Below are positions 11,532 through 23,355 of a DNA stretch of 64,000 nt, one piece after another. Location: contig JBODTK010000014.1 in NCBI GenBank assembly GCA_050613775.1, forward strand, positions 124,001 through 188,000. Direction: 5' to 3'. Every line of letters begins with the position of its first letter. Position 1 is the first letter of the stretch. The notes below the pieces were generated by a model, which worked only from the letters and a program-made list of their open reading frames with translations, was not told the origin of the DNA and ran no database searches. The DNA comes from Neocallimastix sp. 'constans' (lineage: Eukaryota). The position numbers and the translations under genes were made by a program.

Positions 11532-13991
11532 TTAAAATAAACTTGAAACTTGATAGAAGGTCGTGGCTACTAGCCATGCTAATGCTGTGGTATATACAGT
11601 AACAAAACTTGCCCATTTCCATCCAGCTTCATTACCTATGGCTGAAACTGTAGCAACACATGGGAAATATAATAAAATGAAAAGCATATAGGCATACGCA
11701 CTTCTAGGATTCATATCCCCATTGGCTTTAAGTCGATCAGATAAACTTTCTGATATTTTATTGAGGTCATCATCATTACCCTTTCCCCCATTATCTTCAC
11801 CATATAAAATACTGAGAGTGGAGACAACAATTTCTTTTGCTCCAATACCCGTTAATAAACCAATATCCATTTTCCATGTGGCACCCATTGGTTTAAAAGC
11901 TGGTTCAATAAATTTACCAATTTGACCAAGATAGGATTTTTCATTTTGACTTATTAATTCCCCTTCTGAAACACGTGGGAAATTGGAAAGGAACCAAATA
12001 ATAATACTGGCACTTAAAATGATCGTGGCCATTTTTTTAATGTATTCCTTTGCTCTTTCCCAGGTATGCTTTAAGACACTTTGAAGGGATGGTAAACGAT
12101 ACTCTGGAAGTTCCATTAAATAATTCATTTCTTTTTCCTTCACAAGGAATAAACTGAAGAGTTTCGCAAGTCCTAAAGCAAGGATTACACCTACGGCATA
12201 AAGTGAGAATATCAGTGGGGTAACATAATTTGGGAAAAAGGCGTTGGCAAGTACATTATATATTGGAGTTCTTGCAGAGCATGAAAATAAGGAAACGACA
12301 AGTATCGTAACTAAACGACTCTTTCTATTTTCAATAGCTCTAGTGGACATAATGGCTGGTACATTACAACCAAATCCACAAATCATTGGAATAAACGATT
12401 TACCATGAAGACCGAACACTCTCATAATACGATCTAAAATGAATGCGGCACGAGCCATATAACCACTATCTTCCAAAAAGGAAACACATAAATATAAAAT
12501 AAGTATATTAGGAAGGAATACGGTTACACCACCAACACCTGCAATGATACCATCACAAATAAGATCCCTAAACCATCCTTCAGGTAATATTTCTCCAACA
12601 ACGTCACCCAACCAATTAAATACAATTTCTATATATTGCATAAGGTGATTACCAACCCAATCAAATGTCAAACCAAACATTATGTAAATAATAAGAGCAA
12701 AAATTAAAAAACCAAGCCACCTGTTAGTGACCAAGGCATCTATTCTTGCAGTAAATTTACTTTTACCATTTTTACTCTTAGTATATATACCATCTAATAT
12801 TTTATTAATAAAATCATAACACTCTCCCGTATTTCTTGTATCAAGAGAACGATTATATTTTTCAAACTTCGGTGCCGTTCCTTTGGCTACAACAACTTCA
12901 TCAAACAGTTCCTTTAAACCTTTACCATATTTTGAAGTTGTTGGATAAAATTTCATACCAAAACGTTCACTCAATTTCTTGGTATCGATGGAATCCCCTC
13001 TTTTTTCCAATTCATCATACATGTTTAAGGCACCTACCATGGGGATTCCTGCCTTTTGACATTGCAAAGTTAAATAGAGATTACGTTCTAAATTATTGGA
13101 GTCAAGCACGTTTAAAATTACATCAATTTGATTATTATTTAAATATTCCTCAACATATTTTTCTTCTGGAGAATATGAAGCTAAAGAATAAGTACCCGGT
13201 AAATCAATAAGATAAACTCTTACACCATTATGTATAAAAATTCCTTCCTTTGAATCTACTGTAACCCCACAATAGTTTCCTTCTTTTTCATGACCCCCAC
13301 TAATATGATTAAATAGGGTAGTCTTTCCACAATTTGGATTTCCAACAAGTGCTACTGTCATTTCTTCTCCATTCCATTTTTTATTATTTAAATTTGATAA
13401 AACATAATACTTTTTTTTTTCACAATCTTTTTGTTCTGGACAAAATTTACATAAAAGCGGTAGATTTTCTTTACCACTCTTAATATTATTTTCAGCATTA
13501 TATTCTGAAGTATTATCATCAAAAGTAATTGTGGCAATACTAGTATCATCTGAAATTTCCTCCTCCTCATCTTCCTCATTGTTGTTATCAACAATATTTT
13601 CAGATTCTGGTCTATATTCCGTTTCAACTAAATCTTTATTTTCAGTTTCACTATCATCATCACTTATTTCTTTCCCACTATCACGACATACACATGAAGT
13701 TTCACTTTTAGAATCCTCATCTTCAACTACTGTATTAAGATCTAACTGACAAATCGTTTTTGGTACTTTATCCTTTGAAATTGTAATTAATTGGGTTTCA
13801 GAATTACGTAATGTTATTGTGGTACCCATAATTTCGTATTCTACTGGATCCATTAAAGGTGCTTTCATATTATTTTTGATTTTTTCACCTTTAATAAATC
13901 CAAGTTCTGAAAGTCGACGTGCAAATGATTCATCACCATCAATTCCAATTATATATGCTGATTCACCAATTTCTAATTCCGAGAGTCTCAT
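11532..13991 (-). CDS. feoB: FeoA-FeoB fusion ferrous iron transporter (copy 1)
   Basis: N-terminal FeoA (MRLSELEIGE...LGFIKG...APLMDP...ITLRNSE). G-domain motifs G1 GNPNCGKT, G2 GNYCGVTV, G3 DLPG and G4 NMYD. Membrane domain has EDSGYMARAAF, GFGCNVP, SCSAR, MELPEYR, GAKEIVV and LYFPC. Intronless. Confidence 0.96.
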   Translation of the reverse strand: MRLSELEIGESAYIIGIDGDESFARRLSELGFIKGEKIKNNMKAPLMDPVEYEIMGTTITLRNSETQLITISKDKVPKTICQLDLNTVVEDEDSKSETSCVCRDSGKEISDDDSETENKDLVETEYRPESENIVDNNNEEDEEEEISDDTSIATITFDDNTSEYNAENNIKSGKENLPLLCKFCPEQKDCEKKKYYVLSNLNNKKWNGEEMTVALVGNPNCGKTTLFNHISGGHEKEGNYCGVTVDSKEGIFIHNGVRVYLIDLPGTYSLASYSPEEKYVEEYLNNNQIDVILNVLDSNNLERNLYLTLQCQKAGIPMVGALNMYDELEKRGDSIDTKKLSERFGMKFYPTTSKYGKGLKELFDEVVVAKGTAPKFEKYNRSLDTRNTGECYDFINKILDGIYTKSKNGKSKFTARIDALVTNRWLGFLIFALIIYIMFGLTFDWVGNHLMQYIEIVFNWLGDVVGEILPEGWFRDLICDGIIAGVGGVTVFLPNILILYLCVSFLEDSGYMARAAFILDRIMRVFGLHGKSFIPMICGFGCNVPAIMSTRAIENRKSRLVTILVVSLFSCSARTPIYNVLANAFFPNYVTPLIFSLYAVGVILALGLAKLFSLFLVKEKEMNYLMELPEYRLPSLQSVLKHTWERAKEYIKKMATIILSASIIIWFLSNFPRVSEGELISQNEKSYLGQIGKFIEPAFKPMGATWKMDIGLLTGIGAKEIVVSTLSILYGEDNGGKGNDDDLNKISESLSDRLKANGDMNPRSAYAYMLFILLYFPCVATVSAIGNEAGWKWASFVTVYTTALAWLVATTFYQVSSLF

Positions 13992-14999
13992 TTTTTTTTT
14001 TTTTTTTTTTTAATTTTATTTTACTTCCCTTTTATTTCTTTTTATTATTTTTTATTTTTTTAAATTTCCTTTTTTTTTTTTTGTTTTATTTTTTTTATTT
14101 TAATTTTCCTCTTTAATTTTCCTTTTTATTGTTCCTTTTTATTGTTCTTTTTCTTTATTTTCCTTTTTTTTATTTTTTTATATATATTTTTGATTCAATC
14201 TATTATACTTACTATTTTATTCAATTTTATATATTTTATTTAACATTAAATAAATAAGCAAACAATATTATTTTTATAAAATAATATATGAAAATAAAAT
14301 ATATATAAAAATTATTAATAATAAATATATATATAAAAAAGAGATATTCTAATAATTATTCAATAATTATTATTCTATACTTTCAAAAATATTTATTATT
14401 AAAAAAATACTAAGAAAAAAAATTTTTATTTTATTATTATTTTTCTCTACTGTGTAAATAAATAATAAAAATAGTATTTTACTATTACTACTTCTTTTTA
14501 CTATTATTTATTTATTAAATTATTTTTTTTTTTTTTCTTATTATTTTTTTTTCTCTTTTAATTATTTAAAGTAAATAAATAACTCTCTGTTATTTAAACT
14601 TTTTTTATATATATTCATAAAAAAAAAAAAAATATCCTTTTTCATTAACTTTTTTTTTTTGTCTTTCTGAAAGGGGAAAAAAGCATTTTCATTTATAAAG
14701 GTTTTTTAATTATTACTTTTTCATTTCATTGGACAATTTATAACTAATCCTTTTATATTAAATTTTATATAAGAATTTTTTTTTATATTTTTTTTCCTTA
14801 TTTTTAATTATTAATTTTTTAATCTATTTGAAATTTTATATTTATATGCAATATATATAATTATATACACTCAGTTAAATTGAATATATGCTAATAAATA
14901 AAAGTTTAATATATTGTATGGCAAATATTTATAATGTATTATATATTATATATTATAAAAATATAACTTATAATATATTAAACTATCATCAGATTATTT

Positions 15000-15950
15000 T
15001 TTATTTTTTATTTATTATTTATTATTTACTAATTATTATTCTAATTATTATTTATTAATTATTTATTATTTATTATTTATTAATTATTAAATTATTTAAT
15101 ATTCAATTATTTATTATTTAATATTCAATTATTTATTATTTAATATTCAATTATTTATTATTTATTATTTAATATTCAATTATTTATTATTTATTATTTA
15201 ATATTTAATATTTATTATTTATTATTTATTATTTATTATTTATTATTTATTATTTATTATTTATTATTCAATTATTTATTATTTATTATTTATTATTTAT
15301 TATTTATTATTTATTATTTATTATTCAATTATTCCATTAATTATTATTTATTATTTAATATTTAATTATTTATTATTTATTATTTATTATTTATTATTTA
15401 TTATTTATTATTTATTATTTATTATTTATTATTTATTATTTATTATTTATTACTTATTATTTATTATTTATTATTTATTATTTATTATTTATTATTTATT
15501 ATTTATTATTTATCATTTATTATTTATTATTTATTATTTATTATTTATTATTTATTATTTATTATTTATTATTTATTATTTATTATTTATTATTTATTAT
15601 TTATTATTTAATTATTTATTATTTATTATTTATTATTTATTATTTAATTATTTAATTATTTATTATTTATTATTTATTATTTATTATTTATTATTTATTA
15701 TTTATTATTTATTATTTATTATTTATTATTTATTATTTATTATTTAATAATAAATACTCTTATTATTCTATCTATTATTTATTATTTATTATTTATTATT
15801 TATTATTTATTATTTAATAATAAATACTCTTTTTATTCTATCTATTATTTATTATTTATTATTTATTATTTATTATTCAATTATTTATAATTTATTATTC
15901 AATTATTTATAATTTATTATTCAATTATTTATTATTTATTATTTATTAAT
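15000..15950. repeat. (TTATTTA)n heptamer satellite
   Basis: Long run of TTATTTA units with TTCAATTA and AATACTCT variants. It is the same family as the arms at 3360-3660 and 4440-5140, and as 40600-40830. Confidence 0.85.
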
Positions 15951-17471
15951 TTTCACATATCATGTATTTAGATTAAAAAAAAATCCTTTATCTTATATAT
16001 ATTATTATAATTATTTTATTATTTAATCTTATCGTTTTTTTATGTATACTTATATTGTATATATTTTTTGGGTTTCTATTATTTAATATATTTATTAATT
16101 TACATTTTAATTAATTATTTATTTATTTATAATAACTCTTTTTTATTATTTATTATTTAATTAATAAAAAATTTATTCATTTACTTATTATTTATTTATT
16201 TATTATTTATTATTTATTATTTATTATTTATTTATTATTTATTTATTATTTATTTATTTATTATTATTTATTATTATTTATTAATTAATTAATTATTATT
16301 ATTTATTTATTAAATATTAAACTTTTATTTTGACAATTCTTATATATACTTTTATATATTAAAAAAAAAAAAAAAAAGATTTATAACCTTATTGATATTA
16401 TTTTAATAAGAATATTTATTTATTTTTTTTTTTTTTTTTTAAATTGAAGAAATAATGGGATAAATTGTAAATAAATAGTAAAGACATGATGATTAATAAT
16501 CATTAATAATGCACATTATTAATGATGAAGATTAAAAAAAAAAAAAAAAAAAAAATACACATTAATAATAGATATGGATAATAAAATCAATTTCTAATCT
16601 TTTCAATCTTTTCAATGCGGACATTAATCCACAAAATAAAAAAAACTAAATGCCAAATTTGAATTTAATGAGCAATGAATAACAGTTGTGGTTTCATCAA
16701 ATCATATCAACTTTTTCGATCATTGGTTGAAATAAACCATTATTATTATTTTTATCTCCTTTTTCTGATTTAATTTAAATATAAAGTAAAATAATAAAAA
16801 ATAAAAATAAAAATAAAATTAATAATGAATTTATATTTATATTTATATATATAGAAAGCTATTTATATTTAATATAAATAAGTTTTTAATAATTGTATTA
16901 ATTTTTAATTATTATTATTTTAATTAATTTTTATTTTTATTTTTTAATAAATATCTTCAAATTAAATGAATCAACTCGGTTGGTAAAAAAAAAAAAAAAA
17001 AAAAAACGAAAAAAAAAAAAAAATTAAAACTAAATAATAAAAGGGAACGAATAAAATGAATGGTCATTTTGTTAATGGTTTAATATTTTAGTAATGCCAA
17101 ATTCTAATTCTATTTATAATTAATGTTATTGGATTAAAAAAAGGATAAAATCAAAATTTATTTAATACCATTTAACATTATCTTTTTAAAAATTTTTGAA
17201 AAAAAAAAAGAATTTATTAATTTTATTATTTATATATCTTTTTAAAAATTTTTGAGAAAAAAAGAAAATATTAATTATATTATTTATAATAAGTATTAAA
17301 CCAAAGCTCTTTTTAATATTATCTCTTTAATCTAAAATATACTTTTTTTTTATAGTACTAAGTACATACAAAAAAAAAGTATATTATCAAATAAGGAGCT
17401 ATTTTAATATTAAAAAAAAAAAAAAGAAGGCTTTATATCATTCAAACGAACCATAAAAATATTTCTTTTAT

Positions 17472-17506
<35 letters not shown>

Positions 17507-18303
17507 CATGATAAACTATATATTAGTTTTATTTATCTCTATTAAATTTATAATATATAAATAAAACTAAGTAATTAATACATTTTATAATTTTAATAAA
17601 ATTGTTTGTATATGTATATTCTTATTAATATGTTAAAATCATAATTATTAAATTAAACACACACAAAAAAAAAATAAAATAACACAAAAAAAAAAAAAAA
17701 AAAAGTAAAATAAAATGGTGAAATAAAAAAAAAAAATATATATAAATATATATATATATATTTATAATTATTTATACTAATATCTTTAATAACAAATTTA
17801 CCAAAATAAAACTTTAAATAAATTAAATATTTTTTCTTTATTTAACTTTAGCAATAATAATAAAAAAAAAATCTTTTATTTATTTAAAGATTTATTATAT
17901 ATTTACAAATATTACTAATAATATAAAAAAAAAGTAGTTAATAATAGTTGTAATAAAATGAACATTGAATATTATGAATATTATATTTTATATAAAAATT
18001 ATTATTTTATTATTATTGAAATACATATTCTCGTCACTTTGATGATATGATTTATTCTATTCAAATCTCTTTAAATCATATCAATGATTTTTTTTTTTTT
18101 TTTTTTTTTTGAATAATAAAAAAAAATTACATATATATTTATAATTATTTATACTAATATATATATATAATATGTATAATATGTTTTTATAAAAACTATT
18201 TTTATTAATTATTATTAATTGTTATTTAATAGTAATTGGTTTTTATTGATTTACACATTTTTAATATAATTAATGGAAAATTTATAATAAAAATTTTTAA
18301 TTT

Positions 18304-18418
18304 AAAAAATAATAATAAATAAACTTTTTTTAATTTTGAATTGTATACAATTAAAAAATAAATCTATTTTGTTAATTGTATTCCAAAATAAAAAAAAGTT
18401 TATTTATTATTATTTTTA
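18304..18418. repeat. ~115-bp imperfect palindrome (hairpin/MITE-like)
   Basis: The left arm AAAAATAATAATAAATAAACTTTTTTT...TACAATTAA is mirrored by TTAATTGTA...AAAAAAAGTTTATTTATTATTATTTTT. Confidence 0.6.
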
Positions 18419-19023
18419 ATTAATATAAACATGACTTACAGTGTGGTATTAATGGTATTAATGGTATTAATGGTAATTAAAACTAATTATAGCAAATCAA
18501 TAGAAAAAATTCTAACCCATTGAATAGTTTTAAATTAAATTAATATATTTTTTAATAAATAAAAAATAATATAAAAAAAAAACTTAAAAAATTAATATTA
18601 TTTTATCATTAAATTTAATATAAACATTAGATTAATTATCATAAATAAGATATTATGTAATATTATAAATTTATAAATGAAATGATAAATATATCTATAA
18701 TAAAAAACTTTAATCTTATTCAATAGGTAAAACTTAACAATTACCAGAAATCAAACCAAATCATAAAGTTTTTGAAATAACAACTTTTTATAGTTGAATC
18801 AAGTGGAAACTTTTTTTTAAAAGGAAAAAAATTTTTTTTTTTTTAAAAAAGGAATAATTATAATGACATGGTATATTTTATTATTTTTATGATTAATAAT
18901 TATGGAGAATGATTAATTTAAATTTATCTATTGAAGCTTAATTTTTTTTTTTTGTTACAAGTATAATATTTAATTGTAAAAAAAAAAAAAATTTTTATTT
19001 TTATTGAAATATATATATTAAAT

Positions 19024-19121
19024 AAAGTTCAAGAATAGATATAAAGGATTTGTTATTAAAGTTCAAGAATGGATATAAAGGATTTGTTATTAAAGTTCAA
19101 AAATAGATATAAAGGAGTTGT
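19024..19121. repeat. Tandem repeat, 34-bp unit x ~3
   Basis: AAAGTTCAAGAATAGATATAAAGGATTTGTTATT is repeated about three times. Confidence 0.85.
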
Positions 19122-20219
19122 CTAAAAAGAATTATAACATACTAAAGAGTTTCCAATTGTGGGTTTTCTTTTCGAAATAATCATTAGAAAAGTAAAAGCT
19201 TTAGTCTATATATATATATATATTTTACTATCTTCCCTTTTAGATAATTGTATCTATTTACAATACAATATATAAATTCATGTTGTTAAACTTAAAATTT
19301 TATAATTGAATATATTAATAACAAGTTTTATCAATGTTTTATCAATTATATATATATATAATATTTAATCAATATTTTAAATATTATAATTTATTAATAA
19401 ATTTATTTTTATATGTTATAATAACTTTTACTTCATATTTATATTGTTGTTTTTTAAATTAATTCTGTAAAACCAAATTTTTATTATATATTATCATTTA
19501 TGTTTATATAATAATATTAAAGTTAGTGTAACTATAATTTCCAATCAAACATAATATTAGTAATCTTATTACTACTAATATTATAATAATAAGAAATATA
19601 ATTTATAATTTTTTTAATATTAATAATAAAAGTATTTATTTATAATAATTATAATATTTTAAAAAATTTAAATTCTTTTACTATTGAAAATTTATAATAT
19701 ACTTATCAATTTTAACTTTTTTTTTTTTTTTTTTTTTTTTTAATATTACTATAATTATTAAAATTATTTTAAATGATTATTTAAATTATCTAAAAGACTT
19801 TTTTTTTTTTTTTGTTATTTAAATTACTATTTAATATACTTTATTATTATTTATCAATTCTACTTTTTTTTTTTTTTTTTTTTTATACTACTATTATTAT
19901 TAAAATTATTTTAAATAATTATTTTAAAATATTTAATTTTTTTTTTTTTGTTATTTAGCATTAATTTTAATTTTTTGTAAAGTACTAATTACAAATATTA
20001 ATAGAACCTTTTATTAATATGATTAGTTCATTCTATTATATATATATTTTTTTATATTAAAATATATTTTATTAAATGATTGTTTTGATTGCTTATTTTT
20101 TTATTTTATTTTATTTTATTTTTAATTTTTAAAGAAATTTGAAATTCTATCAATTTGAATACAAGACTCTATCAGATTTCTTTTTCATTTTTTTCCGTCT
20201 ATTTTCTCTTTCTCTTTCT

Positions 20220-20253
<34 letters not shown>

Positions 20254-20523
20254 ATATCAAAAAATATATTTAATGATTTTAATATAAATATTGTAATTTT
20301 TATTTTTATATTTTTTTTTTTTTTATTTAATATATCCTCGACAGAAAAGTAAATTTTCATAAAAAAAAAATAAAAAAAAAAAAAAAAATAGATAAATATT
20401 GAACAGTGTCCTCAATAACCAAATAATATAAAAAATCTCCGTAGATTATTAAAAAAAAATTTGCATTGCCTACTGGAAATTAAAAAAAAAAAAAAAGCCA
20501 ATATATTCATGAATAGAGATAGT

Positions 20524-20531
20524 TAAGGAGG
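20524..20531 (+). promoter_or_regulatory. Relic bacterial Shine-Dalgarno sequence (TAAGGAGG)
   Basis: A perfect TAAGGAGG lies 6 nt upstream of an ATA codon (20538) that begins a signal-peptide-like reading frame. Confidence 0.5.
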
Positions 20532-20537
20532 ATATAT

Positions 20538-22175
20538 ATAACTAAATCTCTATTAATTGCCTGGTATTAACGACTAGTGTTTTTGGAATGGATTCAGGAA
20601 ATTTTCCCAAAACCGGTCTGCAAAGAAGCAATAGTTTTTCAGTTTTATATGATTAGCAAAATTGCTCGGGGCCTAGCTCTGACTCGTTTCTAGGTGATAT
20701 TGTAAAAAAGCAAATTTCTATAGTTAACGATTTAAAGGGAAAGTTAAAGGAAAAAGAACAGATAAATAATGAGTTAGCATCACAGATTGAAGTGTTAACT
20801 CATCAGCTAGAGGAATATAGGGAAGGAAATGTACCTATCGTATCGCAAAATAAAAATAATGAAAGTGAATTAATAAGGGAATTGATAAGATGTTTGAAGT
20901 TATTTAATCCTCAGTCTAACGAACCTGAAATTAAAGAAAAAAAGGCAGAGACTGATCAGAAATATAAATTTATAAACAACAGATTGTTCTATTACAAAAA
21001 AAATAAAAAATACAGATGATTATAAAAGGTTTGCAACTCCAACCACTGTAAGTGAGGCAATTGACAATTGGAACGACATTTCTGAAATCCGATATGCCAA
21101 CGATGTACTTTACAATGATCTAAAAAATCCGAAGGCAATTTTATTCAGAAATAAAGATGGCAGCTGCTATATAATTCTCAGGATTAATGGAAACAAACAC
21201 GGCATTTTTTATGGAGTGAATAAAAACGATGTTGAAATAGGAGAAGATTCATTTTCAGTCTACGATGTTTCACTGGATGTAGGTAGCTTTACAGATAACG
21301 TCTTGCGACAGATTTATGTTGATAAATCAGGATTGTATTTCGTACCAGCTGCCCAAAATTCTTTGGAATCTGTAATTGATGTATATCGAAAAGGAGGTAA
21401 GTTCCATTTCAATGGTTCGACTCTAAAGGTTTCGACACTTAACGGAAATATAACTTGGAACAATCAACCAGTAACAGAAAAGAATTTCTTTGATAACTGG
21501 ATTGAAGTAGAGCGTGAAATCGAAAGACAGATATTAAAGGTAACAGGAAAAATAGGAAGAATAGTAATAGAGAAGGTAAAAGAAACTAAAGCTGTACTTT
21601 CACCTAAGCAACCTAAATCTGAGGAGATTATCAGAAATTTCTATCCGCCTAATGGAAGTTATTGGGAGATATTAATAGGAAAAGAAGAACGTGAACCATC
21701 AAATTATACAGGGATGAATAATAGTTGGTTGGAAATATTTGCTGAATCTACTATACGAAATAGGAATAAAATAACAACTCTTGGGGGACGAGAGTGGATG
21801 AACTTCTTTGTTAATAAACGGCTATACTGTACCAAAGAAATGAACGCTTAACGATGTGAAGAATTGGTTAAAGATGGTACATTCGCATCGATTCTGTATC
21901 GCTATGTTACAGATAATAATGGTAGGTACAAAAATATTTTTGATATGCTCGTCAGCCAACTTCGGAATAATGGGGGATCAACATCATGCCGAGAGAGCAA
22001 TGGATGCCTTCGTAATTATTGTCCCAGCGAATTAATTCAGCACAACATATATAACTTTAGGGATCCTAGCTTTGTAAAAAAGTTAAAACAAGGTTTTGCT
22101 GACATAGAAAAAGATTACGAATACACCAAAGGGACTGATATGTGGATTCCTTTCGAAATTGCAAAAAATCTTTAA
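20538..22175 (+). pseudogene. Decaying intronless gene of probable bacterial origin (~545 codons), unknown function
   Basis: The three listed ORFs (20792, 21216, 21864) join into one frame path. The lesions are an ATA start, a frameshift at ~20561, TAG at 20654, a frameshift in the A-run at ~21000 and an in-frame TAA at 21849. The reconstructed N-terminus is (M)TKSLLIALVLTTSVFGMD followed by a coiled-coil-like segment. GC is clearly above the flanks. Confidence 0.7.
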
Positions 22176-22221
22176 TTTTTTTTTTTTTTTTTTTTTTTTC
22201 AAAAATAAAGAAGGTGAGAAA

Positions 22222-22276
<55 letters not shown>

Positions 22277-23355
22277 CTATTTGAATTTAGCAAAGGTTTT
22301 CAATTTTTTTAAGAGTTTTTAAATTTTTTTTTTTTTTTTTTTTAGCTAAAAGTTTAAACAGTTTCTTAATATCTTTTTTTTTATATAAATAATCACATTT
22401 TATGATGATTTAAAGATAGGAATGCAAAAAAAAAAGTTTGGGAGGTTTCGTTTCCCTTAATTCTCTTGGTTTTGATTTTATAAATTTGTTTGGTGAAGCT
22501 GGTACGTCAAAAGTCAGAGCCAGAGCCCAGATCTCGCAAGTTTTCGATGAAAGTTAATCGGGTTAATGGATTTTTAAAAGTTAATTGGAAAGGAAGTGAG
22601 TTGTTCAAGCAAATACATTAATATAAATATCCTCAGAATCTTAGCTTACAGGAACAAAAGTTAAATTTTATTCGTAATATCAAAATTAAATCCAAAGGAC
22701 ACTAATGAATGTAATATTTCGTATTCCTGTATCTTTTTAATTTTTAAAATGTTTAAATAATTACACAATTAAAAAATAAAAAAAATTCAAAAATAAAAAA
22801 AAAAAAAACTATCAATGATTTTTTCATATAGTTATTATTTTTCTAAATTATTTACTATAAATTATTTATTTATATTATTTAAACATTAAAACCATAATTC
22901 AACAATATTATTTCTTAAATAAATATTGTCGAATTGAGATATTTTTTTTAACTTTAAATAATAAGTGTAAAAAATCGATTCATATATTATATTTAATGCT
23001 ACATATACTTGATATTTTGAATTTTGAATTTTAGTTCTTATTTATATAATATATATTTCTAGGTATAATTTAACTAATTATTATTATTATTATTAAAAGG
23101 TATAAATTCCATATATATTATTTTTAATAAGATATTTAAAAAGAATAATTATTAATATGTAATTTGACACTATTTTAAATTGAAATGTAATTTTAAAAAT
23201 TAAATGATGTTTTTTATAAATCTTGATACGTAATTATAATTCTTTTTTTCAATTTGAATATTAAATTATAATAAACAATAATATATTAGAGTATTCAGCA
23301 TAATAATTAATCTAATAATTAAATTAATAATAATTGATTATGGTGATTTTCTTGA

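Noticed and set aside
14988..14996. SreA-type ATCWGATAA iron-repressor site upstream of feoAB copy 1
   Set aside because: It is an imperfect match (ATCAGATTA) and was not noticed at equivalent positions for the other copies, so it is likely chance.
22120..22175. KilA-N/APSES-like motif GTDMWIPFEIAKNL
   Set aside because: There is only a short resemblance at the extreme C-terminus. The rest of the domain is not recognisable without a profile search.
20538..22175. Alternative genetic code (TAA/TAG read-through) explaining the internal stops
   Set aside because: Frameshifts co-occur with the stops, and neighbouring genes end in TAA/TAG. Pseudogenisation is the simpler explanation.
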